From an uncultured Muribaculaceae bacterium (GTDB lineage Bacteria > Bacillota_I > Bacilli_A > RF39 > UBA660), in the NCBI GenBank assembly GCA_964546695.1, contig CAZJKS010000002.1, positions 5,999 to 34,861 on the forward strand: a stretch of 28,863 bases of DNA, written 5' to 3'. Positions 23,134-28,863 of this stretch are shown here, piece after piece (position 1 is the first letter of the stretch; the number at the start of each line of letters is the position of its first letter). The notes under the pieces were generated by a model. That model saw only the letters and a program-made list of their open reading frames with translations. It searched no databases and was not told where the DNA came from. The position numbers and the translations under genes were made by a program.

Positions 23134-25314
23134 ATGAGTAAAGTAACAGGGAATTTTAAAAAGACAATTTTTAGAAGTAATACTAATAATTACTTAATAG
23201 GATTATTTAAAGTAAAAGAGACTAGTCCTGATTTAGATAAATTTATTAATAAGACTATTACTATTACTGGATATTTACCTGATTTAAATGAGATAGATAC
23301 CTATGTTTTAGAAGGTAATATTACAAGTCATGCTAAGTATGGAGAACAGTTTGTAGTTAATACTTTTGAGAGAATTATGCCAAAAGAAGTTGATTCAATT
23401 GTTAGTGTGTTAAGTAGTGATATGTTTAAAGGGATAGGTAAGAAAACAGCTGAAGCGATAGTTGATATGTTTCATGAGGATACTTTTAATGTAATATTAG
23501 AAAATCCTAATAATTTATTATTAGTTAAAGGTGTTAGTGAAAAGCAAGTAAGAGTTTTACATGAAGCTTTAAAAAATTATCAGGGTAGTTATGAGATAAT
23601 TCTTAATCTATCTAAATTAGGTTTTAGTACAAGAGATAGTCTTAAAATATATAGTAAATTTAAAGAAAAAAGTTTTGATATTATAAATGATGATATATAT
23701 AAAGCATATTATTTTATAGATGATATTTACTTTAAGACCTGTGATTATATTTTTGAAAAACATAGTGAAGATAAGTTAGATGTTAAAAGAATTAGAGCAG
23801 TGTTTATATATATTTTAAGAGAAATTACAAATGTAGTTGGTAATACTTACTTTTACCTAGATGAAATTAGACCTTATTTTATTAGAATAATTGGTACTGA
23901 TATTAGTGATGAGTTATTATTAGAAGCCTTAAATAATTTAATTAATTTAGAATTAATAGTTGTAAGGGAAGATAAAATATATTTAAAAGAATATTATGAT
24001 GCAGAAATATTTATTGCAAGGCGTTTGAGAGTTCTTGCTCATGAGAAGAGTGAAGTTTTAAAAAATTATGATAAAATTTTAAAAGAAATAGAGTTTAAAA
24101 ATAATATTATATATAACGAAGAACAAAATAATGCTATAAATGAAGCTTTAACTAATAAATGTTTAATTATAACAGGTGGTCCAGGTACTGGGAAAACTAC
24201 AATTATTAAAGGTATTATAGACTTGTTTCAAGCGATGAGGAAATATAATACTAAGGACTTAATGGAAAAACTTGTATTACTTGCACCTACTGGAAGAGCT
24301 AGTAAAAGAATGAGTGAAGTTACTAATTTAACTGCATCTACTATTCATAGATTCTTAAAGTGGAATAAAGATTCTAATAAGTTTCAAGTTAATGAGTATA
24401 ATAAAAGTAAAGCTGAGTTTGTTATTATAGATGAGGCTAGTATGTTAGATACACTATTACTTTGTAATTTATTAAAAGGATTATCTACTAATACTAAAAT
24501 TATTTTTGTAGGTGATGCTAATCAATTACCTAGTGTAGGTGCAGGTAATGTTTTACAAGATATGTTAAATAGTGAAGAGTTAAAAGTTATTAAATTAAAG
24601 AATTTATATAGACAAGGGAAAGATTCTAATATTATAACTTTCGCTCATAATATTAATGAAGGAGTACTTGATGTAGATATTTTTAATAAAGGAGAAGATT
24701 TGAAGTTTATAAAATGTCTTGATAATAAAGTAATAGATACTATTAAAGATGAAGTATCTAAAATAAAAGATACTGACTATCAGGTGCTTGCTCCTATGTA
24801 TAAAACTATTAATGGGATAGATAATATTAATAGTTCTTTACAAGAGTTATTAAATCCTAAGAAATCTACTAAAAAAGAGATAACTATTAATAATACAGTT
24901 TATAGAGAAAGTGATAAAGTAATTGAACTTACTAATATGCCTGATGATAATGTTTTTAATGGAGATATCGGTAATATAGATAAAATAAAACTTGCTCCTA
25001 AAAAAGAAGTTTATATAGATTATGATAACAATATAGTTAAATATACACCAACTGTGTTTAATAATTTCTCTTTAGCTTATGCAATATCAATACATAAAAG
25101 TCAGGGAAGTGAGTTTAAGGCTATAATTATACCAATAGTAAAGGGATATAAAAAGATGTTATATAGAAAACTTATATATACAGGAGTTACTAGAAGTAAA
25201 GAGAAGCTTATATTAATAGGAGATATTAAAGCTTTAGAATATGCTATTAATAATACTAATGAACAAAAAAGAAGAACTAGCTTAGATTATTACTTAAAAA
25301 ATGGTATAATTTAA
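23134..25314 (+). CDS. recD2: RecD2 (YrrC-like) SF1B DNA helicase
   Basis: HAKYGEQF, FKGIGKKTA HhH, GGPGTGKT, APTGRASKR, STIHRFL, IIDEASM, GDANQLPSVG, YRQ, YAISIHKSQGSEF, YTGVTR; AGGAG SD before ATG 23134. Confidence 0.95.
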   Translation: MSKVTGNFKKTIFRSNTNNYLIGLFKVKETSPDLDKFINKTITITGYLPDLNEIDTYVLEGNITSHAKYGEQFVVNTFERIMPKEVDSIVSVLSSDMFKGIGKKTAEAIVDMFHEDTFNVILENPNNLLLVKGVSEKQVRVLHEALKNYQGSYEIILNLSKLGFSTRDSLKIYSKFKEKSFDIINDDIYKAYYFIDDIYFKTCDYIFEKHSEDKLDVKRIRAVFIYILREITNVVGNTYFYLDEIRPYFIRIIGTDISDELLLEALNNLINLELIVVREDKIYLKEYYDAEIFIARRLRVLAHEKSEVLKNYDKILKEIEFKNNIIYNEEQNNAINEALTNKCLIITGGPGTGKTTIIKGIIDLFQAMRKYNTKDLMEKLVLLAPTGRASKRMSEVTNLTASTIHRFLKWNKDSNKFQVNEYNKSKAEFVIIDEASMLDTLLLCNLLKGLSTNTKIIFVGDANQLPSVGAGNVLQDMLNSEELKVIKLKNLYRQGKDSNIITFAHNINEGVLDVDIFNKGEDLKFIKCLDNKVIDTIKDEVSKIKDTDYQVLAPMYKTINGIDNINSSLQELLNPKKSTKKEITINNTVYRESDKVIELTNMPDDNVFNGDIGNIDKIKLAPKKEVYIDYDNNIVKYTPTVFNNFSLAYAISIHKSQGSEFKAIIIPIVKGYKKMLYRKLIYTGVTRSKEKLILIGDIKALEYAINNTNEQKRRTSLDYYLKNGII

Positions 25315-25332
25315 AACTATTTATCCATAATA
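25304..25332 (+). promoter_or_regulatory. Candidate sigma-G (forespore) promoter
   Basis: GTATA (25304-25308), 17 nt, CATAATA (25326-25332) versus consensus GHATR-N17/18-CATWHTA. Confidence 0.55.
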
Positions 25333-25349
25333 GTTGTAGGAGGTTAATT

Positions 25350-25514
25350 ATGGATAAGAAAAAAATGATGATAACAGCAGGAGTTATGGCAGGTGCTTGT
25401 TATGGGATGTATAAATATTTTAAGAATAATCCTGCTAAGCTTAATATGATGAAACAAAAAGTTAAAAATGTTGCTAATGCTGTTAATAATTTTGAAGATG
25501 AGATGATGATGTAA
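25350..25514 (+). CDS. 54-aa Met-rich small protein, YrzQ/DUF3918-like (not in the ORF track)
   Basis: AGGAGGT SD; MDKKKMMITAGVMAGACYGMYKYFKNNPAKLNMMKQKVKNVANAVNNFEDEMMM; follows recD2, as yrzQ lies shortly after yrrC in B. subtilis. Confidence 0.75.
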   Translation: MDKKKMMITAGVMAGACYGMYKYFKNNPAKLNMMKQKVKNVANAVNNFEDEMMM

Positions 25515-25589
25515 AATTGTCATCTTTTTGTTGATTAGATAATTAATAATATAGTACAATCTATATGTAAAGATAAGGTGAATTAGATT

Positions 25590-26138
25590 ATGAATAATAA
25601 GAAAATAATTGTTATAGCAATTGTTACTATATTAGTAGTATTATTGTTAATTAGTTTTTCTTTTGCTTATTTAAAAACTTCTTTAGAAGGGGAAGGGGAA
25701 TATATAATTAAAGTAGGATCTTTAGAATTAGAACTTGATGATGCAAATGAATTAACACTTGAAAGTCAAATTCCTATAGAAGATTCTTCAGGGCTTAAGT
25801 TAACTGGTTTTAGTTTTAAATTAACTAATAATAGCAATATTGCTAGTGATTATACAATATACTTAGATGATGTAGCTTTAGATGATGGGGAAATAAAAAT
25901 GGCAGATAGTGCTCTTAGATATAGTTTAACTATTGATAATATAGAAAAAGAACCTGCTAGTTTGCTTAGTATGGGAGATAGTTCTAATAGAATAGTGGAT
26001 AAGGGGACAATAGGAGCTTTAGAAACAATTACTTATACTTTAAAGATATGGATAGATTATGATGCTACTGTTGATGAGGCTAGTGGTAAAGTTTTTAAAA
26101 CTAAATTGAGAGTTGAAGCAAGTCAAACTTTAGAATAA
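25590..26138 (+). CDS. Secreted TasA/CalY-like protein
   Basis: Signal ending SFSFAYL (SipW-type-like), VGSLEL, FKLTNNSNIASDY, YTLKIWIDY, GKVFKTKLRVEASQ terminal beta-strand. Confidence 0.6.
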   Translation: MNNKKIIVIAIVTILVVLLLISFSFAYLKTSLEGEGEYIIKVGSLELELDDANELTLESQIPIEDSSGLKLTGFSFKLTNNSNIASDYTIYLDDVALDDGEIKMADSALRYSLTIDNIEKEPASLLSMGDSSNRIVDKGTIGALETITYTLKIWIDYDATVDEASGKVFKTKLRVEASQTLE

Positions 26139-26175
26139 AAAAATATCAAGACTTATAATAAGCTTGATATTTTTT
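26137..26175. terminator. Bidirectional intrinsic terminator
   Basis: AAAAAAATATCAAG-acttataataag-CTTGATATTTTTT. Confidence 0.85.
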
Positions 26176-26256
26176 AGATGTAAAGATAGGATATCTAAAT
26201 AAATTAACTTTAACTTGGTAGTTATTAGTAAAATTTAAGTTTATAGAAAAGAGAAG

Positions 26257-26949
26257 TTACATAAATATTGATAAAAGTATTAGGGAACTATTATGTATGG
26301 CATGCATTATAATAGATGGATAGATACTTTTTGTATCATAATAAGTTAAAGCAAAGAAGAAACCTAAACTACCATAAGGAATAACGTATAAATACTCTAA
26401 AATATTAGTGCTACCTATTACGTGTAATAAACCAAATATTAAGCCTGAAGCAGTAGCATATACCCATTTGTTTTTAAATATTTTAGCAATTCCTTTTCTA
26501 AAAGTTATCTCTTCTGCTATTGGGGCAAGGATACCTGCTGTAAATAACATTAAATAAGGGCTAGTACTAACTAATGATTGAACAGCAGTTTCATTACTTG
26601 ATGTTCCTAAACTGGTTATTATACCTATTGCTATATTAGATATGCACATTATTATTAGTCCTATAAACCAATATTTAAAAGCTGTATCTAAGCTTTTCTT
26701 AATACTATTTTTAAAAGTATTAAACTCTTTTTTTAATTCCTTAAAATATAAAATAATTAAAATTATAACTAATAATAAATCTACAAATGAATTAACAATA
26801 GCTAGGTCAGTACTCGTATAATCATTAACATCAATATTAAATAATAATATCGGAATTATTTGTAGATAACTACTAAAATAAAATATAAGAAAGGTTAGTA
26901 GTCCTTTACATATTTCTAATATTCTTTCCTTTGTAATCATATCTTTCAT
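26257..26949 (-). CDS. CPBP (CAAX protease/Abi) family intramembrane metalloprotease
   Basis: APIAEEITFRK (EExxxR), FGLLH (FxxxH), MHAIHN (HxxxN); AGGTGA SD favours ATG 26949 (ORF opens at 26958). Confidence 0.92.
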   Translation of the reverse strand: MKDMITKERILEICKGLLTFLIFYFSSYLQIIPILLFNIDVNDYTSTDLAIVNSFVDLLLVIILIILYFKELKKEFNTFKNSIKKSLDTAFKYWFIGLIIMCISNIAIGIITSLGTSSNETAVQSLVSTSPYLMLFTAGILAPIAEEITFRKGIAKIFKNKWVYATASGLIFGLLHVIGSTNILEYLYVIPYGSLGFFFALTYYDTKSIYPSIIMHAIHNSSLILLSIFM

Positions 26950-26967
26950 TTTCATCACCTACTATAT

Positions 26968-27018
26968 AATATATCATTAAATAATAGTTTTGACAAAAAT
27001 AATTTTATATAGTATAAT
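26968..27018. promoter_or_regulatory. Divergent sigma-A promoters sharing one -35 site
   Basis: Plus: TTGACA 26990-26995, 17 nt, TATAAT 27013-27018. Minus: TTGTCA 26996-26991, 17 nt, TG-A-TATATT 26973-26968. Confidence 0.75.
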
Positions 27019-27028
27019 CTATAACAAG

Positions 27029-27063
27029 AAAGGAGTGAAGTTATTAAAAGACTTCACTCTTTA
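27029..27063 (+). promoter_or_regulatory. rimP leader hairpin (attenuator-like)
   Basis: GAGTGAAGT-tattaaaag-ACTTCACTC followed by TTT, between the promoter and the rimP SD. Confidence 0.6.
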
Positions 27064-27080
27064 ATATGTAAGGAGGAGTT

Positions 27081-27329
27081 ATGGAAGAGAAAGTAAAATC
27101 TTTAGTAGAAGATAAGATTAAAGACTTAGGACTATTCGTTAGTAGTGTTTATTATGCTACAGATGAAGGAGTTAAATCATTAAATATTGAACTTGATAGT
27201 GATGAAATAATTGATGTTAATAAAATAACAGAAGCGACTAAAATAATTAATCCTATTATGGATGAGAATAATTTATGTGATGATATAGATGTACTTGATA
27301 TACATTCTAAAGAGAAAGGAGATAATTAA
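27081..27329 (+). CDS. rimP: Ribosome maturation factor RimP, N-terminal domain only (82 aa)
   Basis: First gene of the nusA operon; LNIELDSD..IDVNKITEATKIINPIMD...VLDIHS maps to the RimP NTD; AGGAGG SD. Confidence 0.75.
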   Translation: MEEKVKSLVEDKIKDLGLFVSSVYYATDEGVKSLNIELDSDEIIDVNKITEATKIINPIMDENNLCDDIDVLDIHSKEKGDN

Positions 27330-27330
27330 A

Positions 27331-28551
27331 ATGGATGGAAAAGAGTTTCTTAAAGCAGTTGATTTAGTAGTTAAAGAAAAACATATTGATAAAGAGATAA
27401 TTTATGAAGCGATGAGAAATGCCTTAGCTAGTGCTTATAAGAAGAATGCTAAGAGTAAAAATAATAATGTAAAAGTCTTAATTAATGAAAATAATGGGGA
27501 TATTAAAGTATACTCATATTTAACTGTTGTATCTGATGATAAACAAACTAAAGAAGAATATGAAGATGCTTTATTTGAGCGTTATGCTTTAGATGATGAT
27601 TTAGATACAGAAATTAGTGAAAAAGAATTTAAAGAAGAAGAGAAAGCAAAGGAAAAAGAAGAGGATTTAAAAGAAAAAATCAGTTTCTTTAATCCTGGTA
27701 CTGAGATTAAACTTAGTGATGCTAGAAAGATTGATAAGAGTGTTAATATAGGAGATACTATAGACACAGAAGTTACTCCTAAAGATTTTGGTCGTGTGGC
27801 TGCTTCTACTGCTAAGCAAGTAGTTATTCAAAAAATAAGGGAAGCAGAGCGTAGTAGTATTACTTCAGAATTTGGTGATAAACAAGATGAATTATTAGTA
27901 GGTACTGTTGCTTTGGAAGATACAGATAATTACTTTATTGATTTAGGTCGTACTAATGGTATTTTACCTAAAAAAGATATTATACCTGGTGAGAAGATTA
28001 AAATGGGTAGTCAAATTAAAGTTTATGTTACTAAAGTAGACAATAATGGTAGAAGTTTGCTTGTATTACTTAGTAGAAGACATTATGGTTTTGTTAAAAG
28101 ATTATTTGAAAGTGAGATACCAGAGTTATCTGATGGAACAGTACTACTATATAGTGTTGCAAGAGAAGCAGGGGTTAGGAGTAAAGTAGCAGTTTATTCT
28201 GAAAATTCTAAAGTTGATCCAATAGGTGCTTGTATAGGAGAGAAAGGTAGTCGTATTGCTGCTATTATTACGGAGTTAAATGGTGAGAAAGTAGATATAG
28301 TTAAATATGATAATGATCCTGCTATTTTTATTGCTAATGCTCTAAGTCCTGCTAAAGATGTGAAAGTTTTAATTACTGATTTAAAGAAGAAAGAAGCTTT
28401 AGTAATAGCAGATGGTGATAATTTTTCACTTGCTATAGGTAAGAGAGGTCTTAATGCTAAACTTGCAACTAGACTTACTAAATATAAAATAGATATTAAA
28501 ACAACAGAACAAGCTAAAGAGATGGGTATTAGTATTAAAAGTGAAGGATAG
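27331..28551 (+). CDS. nusA: Transcription termination/antitermination factor NusA with an acidic insertion
   Basis: KEKHIDKE...ALASAYKK, FGRVAASTAKQVVIQKIREAER, S1 domain, KH motifs AREAGVRSKVAV, GACIGEKGSRI, SLAIGKRGLNAKLA; AAGGAG SD before ATG 27331. Confidence 0.97.
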   Translation: MDGKEFLKAVDLVVKEKHIDKEIIYEAMRNALASAYKKNAKSKNNNVKVLINENNGDIKVYSYLTVVSDDKQTKEEYEDALFERYALDDDLDTEISEKEFKEEEKAKEKEEDLKEKISFFNPGTEIKLSDARKIDKSVNIGDTIDTEVTPKDFGRVAASTAKQVVIQKIREAERSSITSEFGDKQDELLVGTVALEDTDNYFIDLGRTNGILPKKDIIPGEKIKMGSQIKVYVTKVDNNGRSLLVLLSRRHYGFVKRLFESEIPELSDGTVLLYSVAREAGVRSKVAVYSENSKVDPIGACIGEKGSRIAAIITELNGEKVDIVKYDNDPAIFIANALSPAKDVKVLITDLKKKEALVIADGDNFSLAIGKRGLNAKLATRLTKYKIDIKTTEQAKEMGISIKSEG

Positions 28552-28560
28552 GAGGTAATT

Positions 28561-28821
28561 ATGAAAAAAAGAAAAATTCCTCTTAGAACCTGTGTTGTAA
28601 CAGGGGAAAAATTAGATAAAAGAGAATTGCTTAGAATTGTAAGAGATAAAGATTTGAATGTTAAAGTAGATTTAACTGGAAAAATGAACGGTAGAGGTGC
28701 ATATATTAAAAAAGACATAAAAGTCTTAGAAGAAGCAATAAAGAAGAAAAGCTTAGAAAGAAAACTAGAGTGTAAAATTAGTGATGAGGTATATGATGAA
28801 GTAAGAAAAATATTAGAGTGA
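28561..28821 (+). CDS. ylxR: YlxR/DUF448 family RNA-binding protein (RnpM)
   Basis: RKIPLRTCVVT, KRELLRIVR, VDLTGKMNGRGAYI; position after nusA. Confidence 0.92.
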   Translation: MKKRKIPLRTCVVTGEKLDKRELLRIVRDKDLNVKVDLTGKMNGRGAYIKKDIKVLEEAIKKKSLERKLECKISDEVYDEVRKILE

Positions 28822-28830
28822 GGTGATTAT

Positions 28831-28863
28831 ATGACAATTAAAGAATATGCTATAGATGTAAAT
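28831..28863 (+). CDS. infB: 5' end of translation initiation factor IF-2 (partial)
   Basis: GAGGTG SD; MTIKEYAIDVN resembles the IF2_N start (cf. RVYEYAK); expected operon position; only 11 codons visible. Confidence 0.6.
   Translation, partial: MTIKEYAIDVN

Noticed and set aside
25321-25329. TTATCCATA as a DnaA box
   Set aside because: Single imperfect site; better explained as part of the sigma-G-like promoter
25344-25559. Minus-strand 71-aa ORF
   Set aside because: Antisense to the SD-led 25350-25514 gene; its His/Ile-rich content is the reverse complement of ATG/GAT-rich codons
27582-28718. Antisense ORFs 27582-27767 and 28194-28718
   Set aside because: Shadows of nusA and ylxR
1-28863. 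Frequent AGGTGA instead of AGGAGG ribosome-binding sites; CRISPR array; rRNA
   Set aside because: GGTGA pairs with the ordinary 16S anti-SD tail; no regularly spaced repeat-spacer array or rRNA-like sequence was seen

Overview
A very AT-rich chromosomal window, standard genetic code 11, from a low-GC Bacilli genome. Gene content and compactness suggest a reduced gut lineage such as RF39 (inference). Core genes: nfo, a class B PBP, T-box-controlled thrS, mtaB, recD2, tRNA-Leu(GAG) and a rimP-nusA-ylxR-infB' operon. Envelope genes: an LCP-PASTA fusion, a NAGPA/EpsL-like phosphodiester glycosidase, a sortase-type surface protein, a TasA/CalY-like protein and a CPBP protease. Type IV pilus/competence genes (pilin, PilC, PilD) are scattered. 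There is one AT-rich ABC-export island and five decayed gene remnants that the ORF track misses or shows only in part. Main findings: (1) the Thr T-box controls an orphan 163-aa ORF coupled to thrS, and its apparent terminator pairs directly with the UGGN bulge through an internal tRNA-3'-end mimic (AUCA versus ACCA); (2) sigma-E-, sigma-K- and sigma-G-like promoters precede homologues of Bacillus sporulation genes, and the sigma-K -35 overlaps the -35 of the divergent pilC promoter; (3) the transcription/translation operon is remodelled, with a half-size RimP, a ~49-aa acidic insert in NusA and no ylxQ; (4) two deletion junctions in a RhuM remnant carry microhomology readable in both frames. 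All family calls come from motif recognition by eye; no searches were run.
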